Source of the DNA: Burkholderiaceae bacterium
Lineage (GTDB): Bacteria; Pseudomonadota; Gammaproteobacteria; Burkholderiales; Burkholderiaceae_C
Direction: 5' to 3'
Assembly: GCA_048500255.1 (NCBI GenBank)
Contig: JASNYH010000006.1
Span: 133,352-197,351, forward strand
Length of the DNA: 64,000 nt
The notes under the pieces were generated by a model that made no database searches, was not told the DNA's origin, and was given only the letters and a program-made list of their open reading frames with translations. Made by a program: the position numbers and the translations under genes. Shown one piece after another: positions 45,216 to 54,121 of the stretch (positions within the stretch are counted from its first letter, which is position 1; the number at the start of each line of letters is the position of its first letter).

Positions 45216-45581
45216 ATGATCGATCACACCGGGGTCAGCGCCAGCAACTTCGCCGCCAGCAAGGCGTTCTACGCCGCCGCGCTGGCGCCGCTGGGCTATC
45301 GCATCGAGATGGAGCTCGAAGGAGCGGCCGGCTTCGGCGAGCCGGGCAAGCCGGACTTCTGGCTGGCCCGCGGCGCGCCGCAGGTGCCGCCGGTGCACGT
45401 TGCCTTCCGTGCACGCAGCCGGGCGCTGGTCGATGCGTTCTACAAGGCCGCGATGGCGGCGGGCGGGCGCGACAACGGCGGTCCGGGGCTGCGCCCGCAC
45501 TACCACCCGAACTACTACGGCGCCTTCGTGCTCGACCCGGACGGCAACAACATCGAGGCCGTCTGCCACGCGCCGGAGTGA
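45216..45581 (+). CDS. VOC/glyoxalase-family protein
   Basis: 121 aa from ATG 45216 (GAGGAG lies 6 nt upstream). MIDHTGVSASNFAASKAFY.. and ..YYGAFVLDPDGNNIEAV are typical of small VOC proteins. Confidence 0.8.
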   Translation: MIDHTGVSASNFAASKAFYAAALAPLGYRIEMELEGAAGFGEPGKPDFWLARGAPQVPPVHVAFRARSRALVDAFYKAAMAAGGRDNGGPGLRPHYHPNYYGAFVLDPDGNNIEAVCHAPE

Positions 45582-45588
45582 GGCGCCG

Positions 45589-46380
45589 TCAGTTGCGCTC
45601 GATGCGCGCGTACGCGCTGTGCGCGTGGATCGACTCGAAGTTCTCGACGTCGACGGCATAGCGGCCGACGCGCGCGTCGGCGTTGAGCAGCAGCGCGACG
45701 TCGCGCACCACGTCCTCGACGAACTTGGGGTTCTCGTAGGCGCGCTCGGTGATCCATTTCTCGTCGCTGCGCTTGAGCAGCGGCCAGATCTCGCTCGACG
45801 CCGCGTCCTCGGCGAAGCGCACCAGCTCGGGCCAGTCGATCGCCTGCAGCAGCTCGACGCGCACCGTGACGTGCGAGCGCTGGTTGTGCGCGCCGAAGTC
45901 GGAGATCTCCTTCGAGCACGGGCACAGGCTCTTGACCGGCACCGTGGCCTCGGCCCACAGCGTCTCGCGGCCATCGCGCGCCTCGGCGATCCAGCGGCCC
46001 TGGTATTCGAGCAGGCTCTCGACGCCCGAGACCGGCGCGCGTTTGCGCAGGAAGAACGGGAAGCGCGCCTCGATGCGGCCTTCGGCGGCGTCGAGCCGCG
46101 CCAGCATGGCGCGCAGCTGCCGGCGCAGGCCGTCGGCGTCGAGCGGCTGATCGAGCGCGTCGAGCCAGGCGACGAAGCGCGACATGTGCGTGCCCTTCTG
46201 CTCGGCCGGCAGCGCGACATCGAGGTCCCAGTGCGCGACGGTGGCCAGCGGCGCCCCGCCGACCGAAAGCGTGAGCGGATACCGCACGTCCTTGACGCCG
46301 ACGCGCCGGATCGCGAGGCGGCGCTCGTCGCGCGCGCTCTGCGTGTCGGGGATGTGCAGCGCGTCGGTGAGGTTGGTCAT
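45589..46380 (-). CDS. folE2: GTP cyclohydrolase I type 2 (FolE2 / GCYH-IB)
   Basis: IRRVGVKDVRYPL and CPCSKEISDFGAHNQRSHVTV are characteristic of FolE2. Start set at ATG 46380. The track ORF begins at GTG 46392. Confidence 0.88.
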   Translation of the reverse strand: MTNLTDALHIPDTQSARDERRLAIRRVGVKDVRYPLTLSVGGAPLATVAHWDLDVALPAEQKGTHMSRFVAWLDALDQPLDADGLRRQLRAMLARLDAAEGRIEARFPFFLRKRAPVSGVESLLEYQGRWIAEARDGRETLWAEATVPVKSLCPCSKEISDFGAHNQRSHVTVRVELLQAIDWPELVRFAEDAASSEIWPLLKRSDEKWITERAYENPKFVEDVVRDVALLLNADARVGRYAVDVENFESIHAHSAYARIERN

Positions 46381-46500
46381 GCGGTCGGACACGGGAAGCT
46401 CGCCTCGGACAGCCTGGCGCAGGCAACGATGTGCGCAAGCATGACACCAAACGCCTGCCGCCGCGCGGGGATGGTCATCCTCATCGCGGCGCGCCCCGGC

Positions 46501-48399
46501 TCAGCTGTTGGCGGCCGGGCGCAGCAGCGCCGGCCGCGCGCCGTAGCGCTCGAGCACGGCCTGCTCGATGCCGGCGGCGTCGAGGCCGACCATCGCCAGC
46601 AGCTTGGCTGGATCGCCGTGCTCGATGAACTCGTCGGGCAGGCCGAGCTGCAGCACCGGCACGTCGAGGCCCGCCGCCTGCAGCGCCTCGAGCACGGCGC
46701 TGCCGGCACCGCCCTGGATGCAGCCCTCCTCGACGGTGACCAGCGCCTCGTGGCTGCGCGCCAGCTCGGCGACGAGCGCGGCGTCGAGCGGCTTGGCGTA
46801 GCGCATGTTGGCGACCGTCGCGTCGAGTTTGTCGGCGGCGGCCAGCGCCGGAAAGAGCACCGGGCCGAAGGCGAGGATGGCGATGCGCTGGCCCTGGCGG
46901 CGCACTTCGCCGCGGCCCCAGGGCAGCGATTCGAGCTTGCGCTCGACGGCCACGCCGACGCCGGCGCCGCGCGGATAGCGCACGGCCACCGGGTGGTCCT
47001 GGCGGAACGCCGTCGTCAGCGCCCGGCGGCACTCGTTCTCGTCGGCCGGCACCAGCACGCTGACGTTGGGGATGCAGCGCAGGTAGGCGATGTCGTAGGC
47101 GCCGGCGTGCGTCGCGCCGTCGGCGCCGACGATGCCGGCGCGGTCGAGCGCGAACACGACGGGCAGGTTCTGGATCGCCACGTCGTGCACCAGCTGGTCG
47201 TAGGCGCGCTGCAGGAAGGTCGAGTAGATGGCGACGACCGGCTTGAGGCCGTCGCAGGCGAGACCGGCGGCGAACGTGACGGCGTGCTGCTCGGCGATGC
47301 CGACGTCGAAGTAGCGCTTCGGGAAGCGCTGCTCGAACTCGACCATGCCCGAGCCCTCGCGCATCGCCGGCGTGATGCCGACGAGCCGCGCGTCGTGCTC
47401 GGCCATGTCGCAGAGCCAGTCGCCGAACACCTGCGTGAACGCCGGCTTGGGCGGCGTCGCGGGCTTCTTGATGCCTTGCGCCGGATCGAACTTGCCCGGG
47501 CCGTGGTAGGCGATCGGGTCGGCCTCGGCGAGCTTGTAGCCGTAGCCCTTCTTGGTGACGACGTGCAGGAACTGCGGGCCACGGTGCTGCTGCATCTGCG
47601 AGCGCAGGTTCTCGAGCGTCGGGATCAGCGCGCCGAGGTCGTGCCCGTCGATCGGGCCGACGTAGTTGAAGCCGAACTCCTCGAAGATGGTGCCCGGCAC
47701 GACCATGCCCTTGGCGTGCTCCTCGAAGCGGCGCGCCAGCTCGAGCAGCGGCGGCGCGTTCTTGAGCACCGCCTTGGCGCCCTCGCGAGCGGCGGCGTAG
47801 AAGTTGCCACTCATCAGGCGCGCCAGGTACTTGTTGAGCGCGCCGACGGGCGGCGAGATCGACATGTCGTTGTCGTTGAGCACGACGAGCATGTCGGTGT
47901 GCGACACGCCGGCGTTGTTGAGCGCCTCGAACGCCATGCCGGCGCTCATCGCGCCGTCGCCGATCACGGCGACGCACTGGCGCTGCTCGCCCTTGAGCCT
48001 GGCGGCGACCGCCATGCCGAGCGCGGCGGCGATCGACGTCGACGAATGCGCCGTGCCGAAGGTGTCGTACTCGCTCTCGTCGCGCCGCGGGAAGCCGCTC
48101 ACGCCGCCCAACTGGCGCAGCGTGTGCATGCGGTCGCGCCGGCCGGTCAGGATCTTGTGCGGGTAGGTCTGGTGGCCGACGTCCCACACCAGGCGGTCGT
48201 TCGGCGTGTCGAACACGTAGTGCAGCGCGATCGTCAGCTCGACGGTGCCGAGGTTGCTCGACAGGTGGCCACCGGTCTGCGACACGCTGTGCAGCACGAA
48301 GTCGCGCAGCTCGGCGGCGAGCTGCGGCAGCTGCGCGCGCGTCAGCCGGCGCAGGTCGGCCGGGCTGTCGATCGTCTCGAGCAAGGGATGTTCGGTCAC
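46501..48399 (-). CDS. dxs: 1-deoxy-D-xylulose-5-phosphate synthase
   Basis: 632 codons. (V)[49 protein letters not shown] and [19 protein letters not shown] start at 48399 overlaps the ispA stop (GTGA). Confidence 0.95.
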   Translation of the reverse strand: MTEHPLLETIDSPADLRRLTRAQLPQLAAELRDFVLHSVSQTGGHLSSNLGTVELTIALHYVFDTPNDRLVWDVGHQTYPHKILTGRRDRMHTLRQLGGVSGFPRRDESEYDTFGTAHSSTSIAAALGMAVAARLKGEQRQCVAVIGDGAMSAGMAFEALNNAGVSHTDMLVVLNDNDMSISPPVGALNKYLARLMSGNFYAAAREGAKAVLKNAPPLLELARRFEEHAKGMVVPGTIFEEFGFNYVGPIDGHDLGALIPTLENLRSQMQQHRGPQFLHVVTKKGYGYKLAEADPIAYHGPGKFDPAQGIKKPATPPKPAFTQVFGDWLCDMAEHDARLVGITPAMREGSGMVEFEQRFPKRYFDVGIAEQHAVTFAAGLACDGLKPVVAIYSTFLQRAYDQLVHDVAIQNLPVVFALDRAGIVGADGATHAGAYDIAYLRCIPNVSVLVPADENECRRALTTAFRQDHPVAVRYPRGAGVGVAVERKLESLPWGRGEVRRQGQRIAILAFGPVLFPALAAADKLDATVANMRYAKPLDAALVAELARSHEALVTVEEGCIQGGAGSAVLEALQAAGLDVPVLQLGLPDEFIEHGDPAKLLAMVGLDAAGIEQAVLERYGARPALLRPAANS

Positions 48400-49313
48400 G
48401 AGTCGCGCTCCACCACCTTGTCGGCCAGCAGGCTGAGCCAGGCCGTGTCGGCCAGGCCGCTGGCCGCCAGCGCCGCCTGCGCCTGGTCGCGCAGGTGCTC
48501 GGCGTGCAGCCGCGCGGCGCCCAGGCCGAGCACCGACACGTAGGTCGGCTTGTTGTCGTTGGAATCCTTGCCCGCCGTCTTGCCGAGCGTCTCGGAGGCC
48601 TGCGTCACGTCGAGGATGTCGTCGACGACCTGGAACGCCAGGCCGATCGCCGCGCCGTACTCCGACAGACGCTGCCAGGCCGTCGCGTCGGTGCGGCCGC
48701 AGCTCGCGCCCATCAGCACGCTGGCCTGCAGCAGCGCGCCCGTCTTGCGGCGGTGCATGTCGCGCAGCGCGCGTTCGTCGAGGCGCTTGCCGATGCTCGC
48801 CAGGTCGATCGCCTGGCCGCCGGCCATGCCGGCGTGGCCGGCCGAGCGCGCGAGCAGCGCGCACAGCCGCGCCTGCAACTCGGGCGGCACACCGTCGGTG
48901 CCCGGGAACGCGGCGCTGTCGGCGGCGCTGGGCGTCAGCACCTCGAAGGCCAGCGCCTGCATGGCGTCGCCGGCGAGCATGGCCTGCGCCTCGCCGAACT
49001 TGACGTGCACCGTCGGCTTGCCCCGGCGCAGCACGTCGTTGTCCATGCACGGCATGTCGTCGTGGATCAGCGAATAGGCGTGGATCAGCTCGACGGCCAC
49101 CGCGGCGCGCAGCGCCGCCTCGTGCAGGCCGCCGACCGCCTGCGACGCCGCCAGCACGAGCAGCGGGCGCAACCGCTTGCCGCCGTCGAGCACGCCGTAG
49201 CGCATCGCCTCGCCGAGGCCGGCGGGCGTTTGCGACGGCACCCAGCGCTCGAGCGCGGTCTCGACGCCCTCGAGTTCGGCGCGCATCCAGGCGTCGAAGT
49301 CGGCTCGCTTCAT
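48396..49313 (-). CDS. ispA: (2E,6E)-farnesyl diphosphate synthase
   Basis: 305 codons from ATG 49311-49313. First DDxxD context [20 protein letters not shown], second VVDDILD. ATGA overlap with the xseB stop. Confidence 0.92.
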   Translation of the reverse strand: MKRADFDAWMRAELEGVETALERWVPSQTPAGLGEAMRYGVLDGGKRLRPLLVLAASQAVGGLHEAALRAAVAVELIHAYSLIHDDMPCMDNDVLRRGKPTVHVKFGEAQAMLAGDAMQALAFEVLTPSAADSAAFPGTDGVPPELQARLCALLARSAGHAGMAGGQAIDLASIGKRLDERALRDMHRRKTGALLQASVLMGASCGRTDATAWQRLSEYGAAIGLAFQVVDDILDVTQASETLGKTAGKDSNDNKPTYVSVLGLGAARLHAEHLRDQAQAALAASGLADTAWLSLLADKVVERDS

Positions 49314-49552
49314 TCGTCCTTCCAGGGCTTGAGCTGCCCGTCCTCGAGCACCCTCACCTGCTGCTCGACGGCGTCGAGCCGCGCGCGGCAGTACGCGAGC
49401 AGCTCGGCGCCGCGCCGGTAGCTGTCGAGCAGGCGGTCGAGCGGCAGCTGGCCGCCCTCCATCGCCGCGACGAGGCGTTCGAGTTCGGCCAGCGCCTGTT
49501 CGTAGTCGGCCGGCGCGGCCGGTGCTGCCTCGGGGTTCGGAGTGTTCGCCAT
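49310..49552 (-). CDS. xseB: exodeoxyribonuclease VII small subunit
   Basis: 80 aa. [50 protein letters not shown] is the canonical XseB helix-hairpin. Confidence 0.9.
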   Translation of the reverse strand: MANTPNPEAAPAAPADYEQALAELERLVAAMEGGQLPLDRLLDSYRRGAELLAYCRARLDAVEQQVRVLEDGQLKPWKDE

Positions 49553-49762
49553 AACGGTGCAAGAGCGAGATTGTAGTCAGCCGGAACTCGCGGGGCGCCC
49601 CGCGGTCGCACCCTTCTGCCCGCGAGGTCGGCGCCGAGGGCGCCGCAGTTACCGCTGGGTACAATCCCGGGCCCGCCGCGACACGCCCATCGCGGCCTTC
49701 GTGGTTCCACCCGCGCCGTGCGGGTGGCGGGTTGACATCGGTTTTTGGAGATCCTGGGGATC

Positions 49763-50887
49763 ATGTCGGACCTGAGCATCGGCCTCGAGTCGCTGGAGCG
49801 CGCGCGCACCCAGTTGTCCGTTTCCACCTATTTCGACGAGGGCCTGTTTCGCCGGGAACAGGAACTCATCTTCGATGCCGGCCCGCGCTACCTCGGGCAC
49901 GAGCTCGCCGTGCCGGAGGTCGGCGACCACCACGCGCTGCCCCAGGAGGGCGAAGGCCGCGCCCTCGTGCGCACGGCGCGCGGCGTCGAGCTGATCTCCA
50001 ACGTGTGCCGCCACCGCCAGGCCGTGATGCTGCGCGGGCGCGGCAACTCGGGCAGCCACATCGTGTGCCCGCTGCACCGCTGGACCTACGACCTGCAGGG
50101 CCGGCTGATCGGCGCGCCGCACTTCCCCGACGACCCCTGCCTGCACCTGAACAACTATCCGCTGCAGTCGTGGAACGGCCTGCTGTTCGAGCGAAAGCCG
50201 GGCGGGCGCGACGTCGTCGCCGACCTCGACGGCGTCGGTGCGCGGCCCGAGTTCGACTTCGCGGGCTACCAGTTCGACCGCGCCGTGATGCACGAGTGCG
50301 ACTACAACTGGAAGACGTTCATCGAGGTCTATCTCGAGGACTACCACGTCGGGCCGTTCCATCCCGGGCTGGGCAACTTCGTCACCTGCGAAGACCTGCG
50401 CTGGGAGATGGGGCGCGAGCACTCGGTGCAGACGGTGGGCGTGGCCAACGCGCTCGGCCGCGCCGGCTCCGACGTGTACCGCAAGTGGCATGAGGTGCTG
50501 CTCAACTACCGCGGCGGCGAGCCGCCGGCGCGCGGCGCCGTCTGGCTGACCTACTACCCGACGACGATGGTCGAGTGGTATCCGCACGTGCTCGTCGTCT
50601 CGACGCTGTTCCCGCGCGGGCCGCGCAAGACGCTCAACGTCGTCGAGTTCTTCTACCCCGAGGAGATCGTCGCCTTCGAGCGCGAGTTCGTCGAGGCGCA
50701 GCAGGCCGCCTACATGGAGACCTGCGACGAGGACGACGAGATCGCGCTGCGCATGGACGCCGGCCGCCAGGCGCTGATGGAACGCGGCGACGACGAGGTC
50801 GGCCCTTACCAGAGCCCGATGGAAGACGGCATGCAGCAGTTCCACGAGTGGTACCGCGCGCGCATGCAGCTCGACCAGGCCGGATGA
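49763..50887 (+). CDS. Rieske [2Fe-2S] aromatic-ring-hydroxylating oxygenase alpha-subunit-like protein
   Basis: Rieske motif CRHR-x17-CPLHRW. Mononuclear iron motif NWKTFIEVYLEDYHVGPFH (E/D-x3-D-x2-H-x4-H). Start set at ATG 49763. The track ORF begins at TTG 49745. Confidence 0.85.
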   Translation: MSDLSIGLESLERARTQLSVSTYFDEGLFRREQELIFDAGPRYLGHELAVPEVGDHHALPQEGEGRALVRTARGVELISNVCRHRQAVMLRGRGNSGSHIVCPLHRWTYDLQGRLIGAPHFPDDPCLHLNNYPLQSWNGLLFERKPGGRDVVADLDGVGARPEFDFAGYQFDRAVMHECDYNWKTFIEVYLEDYHVGPFHPGLGNFVTCEDLRWEMGREHSVQTVGVANALGRAGSDVYRKWHEVLLNYRGGEPPARGAVWLTYYPTTMVEWYPHVLVVSTLFPRGPRKTLNVVEFFYPEEIVAFEREFVEAQQAAYMETCDEDDEIALRMDAGRQALMERGDDEVGPYQSPMEDGMQQFHEWYRARMQLDQAG

Positions 50888-51786
50888 CGCGCGTGCCGGC
50901 GCCGGCCCTGATGGTCGGCGCGTCGTTCCTGTTCGCGACGATGGGGCTGTGCGTCAAGCTCGCCGCGGCGTACTACACGCCGGGCGAGATCGTCTTCTAC
51001 CGCGGCCTGATCGGCACCGGCGCGCTCGCCGTCGTGGCGCGCATGCACGGCGGCACGCTGCGCACCGCGCTGCCGGCGATGCATTTCTGGCGCAGCCTGA
51101 CGGGCGTCATCGCCCTGGTGTGCTGGTTCTATGCGATCGGCGAGCTGCCGCTGGCCACGGCGATGACGCTGAACTACATGTCGTCGGTATGGATGGCGCT
51201 GTTCCTCATCGGCGGCGCCGTGCTGGTGGGCGCCGCGCGCGTCGATGCGCGCCTCGTCGCAACCGTGCTGATCGGCTTCGCCGGCGTCGCGCTGGTGCTG
51301 CGGCCGACGATGGACCGCGATCTGCTGTGGCCCGGCCTCGTCGGCCTGCTGTCGGGCATGCTGTCGGCGCTGGCCTACCTGCAGGTGACGGCGCTCGGCC
51401 GCGCCGGCGAGCCCGAGTACCGCGTCGTCTTCTACTTCTCGCTCGGCGGCCTGGCCGCCGGCGCGGCGACGATGCTGTGGAGCGGCGCGTCGCCGCACGC
51501 GAGCCTCCTCGGCGTGCTGTGGCTCGCGGCGGTGGGCGTGACGGCGACGGCGGCGCAGCTGATGATGACGCGCGCCTATGCGACGGGCCGCCCGCTCGTC
51601 AACGCCAGCCTGCAGTACCTCGGCATCGCCTGGGCCTTCGTCTACGGCGTGACGATCTTCGACGACCCGGTGACGGCGATGGCGCTCGCGGGCATGCTGC
51701 TGATCGTCGGCGCCGGCCTGGGCGCAACGCTGCTGCGCAATCGTGCGGCGCCGGCCGAGGCGACGCATTCCGTGCTCGAGCCGTGA
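50884..51786 (+). CDS. EamA/DMT-family transporter
   Basis: 300 aa from ATG 50884, overlapping the Rieske gene stop (ATGA). About ten hydrophobic helices in an EamA-like repeat. Confidence 0.8.
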   Translation: MTRVPAPALMVGASFLFATMGLCVKLAAAYYTPGEIVFYRGLIGTGALAVVARMHGGTLRTALPAMHFWRSLTGVIALVCWFYAIGELPLATAMTLNYMSSVWMALFLIGGAVLVGAARVDARLVATVLIGFAGVALVLRPTMDRDLLWPGLVGLLSGMLSALAYLQVTALGRAGEPEYRVVFYFSLGGLAAGAATMLWSGASPHASLLGVLWLAAVGVTATAAQLMMTRAYATGRPLVNASLQYLGIAWAFVYGVTIFDDPVTAMALAGMLLIVGAGLGATLLRNRAAPAEATHSVLEP

Positions 51787-51809
51787 CGCGCCCCGGAGAA
51801 GGAACGACG

Positions 51810-52664
51810 ATGACGACGTGGACCACGCTGATCGATGCCCCCGCGCTGCGCGCGGCGCTGGCGGCCGGCACGCCGCCGCTGGTGGTCGTCGACGCCGGCT
51901 TCGACCTCGCCGACACCGGCGCCGGCGAGCGCGACCACGCCGCCGGCCACCTGCCCGGCGCGCTGTACTGGCATCTCGACCGCGACCTCTCGGGCGCGAA
52001 GACGGGCCGCAACGGCCGCCATCCGCTGCCCGAGCGCGCCGCGTTCGCCGCCACCGCCGGCGCGGCCGGCATCGCGCCGGCGACACAGGTCGTCGTCTAC
52101 GACGCGCAAGGCGGTGTCTATGCCAGCCGCGCCTGGTGGCTGCTGCGATGGCTCGGCCACACGGCAGTCGCCGTGCTCGACGGCGGCCGCGCCGCCTGGC
52201 TTGCCGCCGGCGGCCCGCTGACCGCCGAGCCGACGCCGCGCACCGCCGCTACCGCGCCCTACCCGCAGCGCGAGAGCCTCGCGCCCGCGCTCGACGCCGA
52301 CGCGCTGGCCGCGCGGCTGGGCGCCGTGGCGCTGCTCGACGCCCGCACACCCGAGCGCTTTCGCGGCGAGGTCGAGCCGCTCGACGCCAAGGCGGGCCAC
52401 ATTCCCGGTTCGTTGAACCGGCCGTTCAAGGACAACCTCGGCGCCGGCGCGCGCTTCAAGAGCGCCGAACACCTGCGCGCCGAGTTCGCGGCCCTGATCG
52501 GCGCGCAGCAGCCGGCCGAGGTGGTGCACGCCTGCGGCTCGGGCGTCACCGCCTGCCACAACCTGCTCGCGATGGAAATCGCCGGCCTCGCCGGATCGGT
52601 GCTCTATCCGGGCTCGTGGAGCGAGTGGTCGTCGGACCCGCAGCGACCGATCGCCCTCGGCTGA
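51810..52664 (+). CDS. sseA: tandem-rhodanese sulfurtransferase (3-mercaptopyruvate/thiosulfate type)
   Basis: 284 aa from ATG 51810. GHLPGALYW, ERFRGEVEP..GHIPGSLN, and active-site loop CGSGVTAC. Confidence 0.85.
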   Translation: MTTWTTLIDAPALRAALAAGTPPLVVVDAGFDLADTGAGERDHAAGHLPGALYWHLDRDLSGAKTGRNGRHPLPERAAFAATAGAAGIAPATQVVVYDAQGGVYASRAWWLLRWLGHTAVAVLDGGRAAWLAAGGPLTAEPTPRTAATAPYPQRESLAPALDADALAARLGAVALLDARTPERFRGEVEPLDAKAGHIPGSLNRPFKDNLGAGARFKSAEHLRAEFAALIGAQQPAEVVHACGSGVTACHNLLAMEIAGLAGSVLYPGSWSEWSSDPQRPIALG

Positions 52665-52782
52665 GCACAGCCGCCGAGAACCGCGGCAGCGTCCATTCCC
52701 GATTGACCTGCCGCAAGCCGGCGGCTACCGTTCGATCGAACAATGGCGCGTCCGCTCAACTGCCGGTGAGGAGGCTTCGAAC

Positions 52783-53217
52783 ATGTACCAGCGCATCCTG
52801 GTTCCGACCGACGGCTCCGACATCACGAAGAAGGCCGTCGACACCGCCATCAAGCTGTCGAAGCTGATGGGCGCGCAGCTCTACGCGCTCAGCGTCAAGG
52901 AGCCGTTCCCGTACAGCGCCATCTCCGAGATGCAGCCGACGCCGCCGCAGGAGTTCTACGACGCGCAGGACCGCATCGCCACCGCGCGGGTCGACGAGGT
53001 GCGCAGCGCCTGCACCGCTGCCGGCCTGGCGTGCAACGCCAGCACCGTCGAGGCGCTGCACCCCTGGGAGGCGATCGTCGAGCATGCGCAGACCCACGGC
53101 TGCGACCTGATCGTGATGGCGTCGCACGGCCGGCGCGGCATGTCGGCGCTGCTGCTGGGCAGCGAGACGCAGCGCGTGCTGATCCACAGCAAGGTGCCGG
53201 TGCTGATCGTGCGCTGA
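52783..53217 (+). CDS. universal stress protein (UspA family)
   Basis: 144 aa. MYQRILVPTDGSD and ..DLIVMASHGRRGMSALLLGSETQRVLIHSKVPVLIV. GAGGAGG lies upstream. Confidence 0.88.
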   Translation: MYQRILVPTDGSDITKKAVDTAIKLSKLMGAQLYALSVKEPFPYSAISEMQPTPPQEFYDAQDRIATARVDEVRSACTAAGLACNASTVEALHPWEAIVEHAQTHGCDLIVMASHGRRGMSALLLGSETQRVLIHSKVPVLIVR

Positions 53218-53245
53218 CGATGCCGGGCGGCGGCCACACCGCCGT

Positions 53246-54022
53246 TCAATGCCCGTGCACCGCCTCGACGGCGATGAGCACGGCGATCAACCCGACGGCC
53301 AGCCAGGCCAGTTGCGCCAGCGTCTCGCGTATCGACAGGCGGCGCTGCAGCTGCGGGATCAGGTCGGCCACCGCCACGTAGACGAAGCTGCTCGCCGCCA
53401 CGACGAGCAGGTACGGGAACAGCGCCTCCCACGGCCCGATCACGAAGTAGCCGAGCACGCCGCCGACCACCGCCGCCAGCCCCGACAGCGCGTTGTAGGT
53501 GAGCGCGCGGGCGCGGCTCAGCCCGGCGTTGAGCAGCACGATGTAGTCGCCGACCTCCTGCGGGATCTCGTGCGCGACGATGGCCAGCGCCGTCGCGAAG
53601 CCGAGCCGCACGTCGGCGAGGAAGGCCGCGGCGATGATCACGCCGTCGCAGAAGTTGTGGATGCTGTCGCCGAGCAGCACGCTCCAGCCGCCGCGGCCGG
53701 CCTGCTCGGCGTCGAAATCGTGGTGGTGGTGGTGGCCGTCGCCCTCGTGGTGGTGGCCGTGCCGGTAGAGCTCGGCCTTCTCGAGCAGGAAGAAGAACAG
53801 CAGCCCTCCGAGCAGCGTCGCGAAGAGCGCCTGCGGCGGCGCCTGGCTCTCGAAGGCCTCGGGCAGCACGCTCAGCAGCGCCGTGGCCAGCAGCACGCCG
53901 GCCGACAGGCTGACGAGGTGGCGTACGACGCGCGTCAGCACGCCCACGGTGAGGCTGGCCGCGATCGCCACCGACAGCAGTCCGCCGGCCAGCGTCACGG
54001 CCACGATGTAGAGCAGGGTCAT
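53246..54022 (-). CDS. ZIP-family divalent metal (zinc) transporter
   Basis: 258 codons from ATG 54020-54022. His-rich loop HGHHHEGDGHHHHHD. Conserved ZIP helices (..GDSIHNFCDGV.., ..AIVAHEIPQEVGDY..). Confidence 0.85.
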   Translation of the reverse strand: MTLLYIVAVTLAGGLLSVAIAASLTVGVLTRVVRHLVSLSAGVLLATALLSVLPEAFESQAPPQALFATLLGGLLFFFLLEKAELYRHGHHHEGDGHHHHHDFDAEQAGRGGWSVLLGDSIHNFCDGVIIAAAFLADVRLGFATALAIVAHEIPQEVGDYIVLLNAGLSRARALTYNALSGLAAVVGGVLGYFVIGPWEALFPYLLVVAASSFVYVAVADLIPQLQRRLSIRETLAQLAWLAVGLIAVLIAVEAVHGH

Positions 54023-54121
54023 CGGGTCGCTTTCCACGCGAAACCGCAGCCGGGCGGCGCAGTCGCGGCGCACATCTTACGGGCCGCGCGCGACGCGGAC
54101 GGCACGACGCCTGCCCGCACA

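Noticed and set aside
46381-46500. Zur box expected upstream of folE2. The same was checked for the ZIP transporter upstream region, 54023-54121.
   Set aside because: Neither upstream region contains an AT-rich palindrome resembling a Zur or Fur operator, so zinc regulation cannot be claimed from this sequence.
52703-52731. TTGACC-N17-TACCGT promoter and a TTGAC-N4-CGCAA FNR/Anr-like site upstream of the universal stress protein gene
   Set aside because: The right half-site matches the ATCAA consensus poorly (3/5) and the -10 is weak. This is not distinguishable from chance by eye.
53228-53244. Short hairpin CGGCGG-CCACA-CCGCCG between the convergent uspA and ZIP genes
   Set aside because: It has only 6 bp and no flanking T-runs. 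It is plausible as a weak bidirectional terminator but not strong enough to list as a feature.
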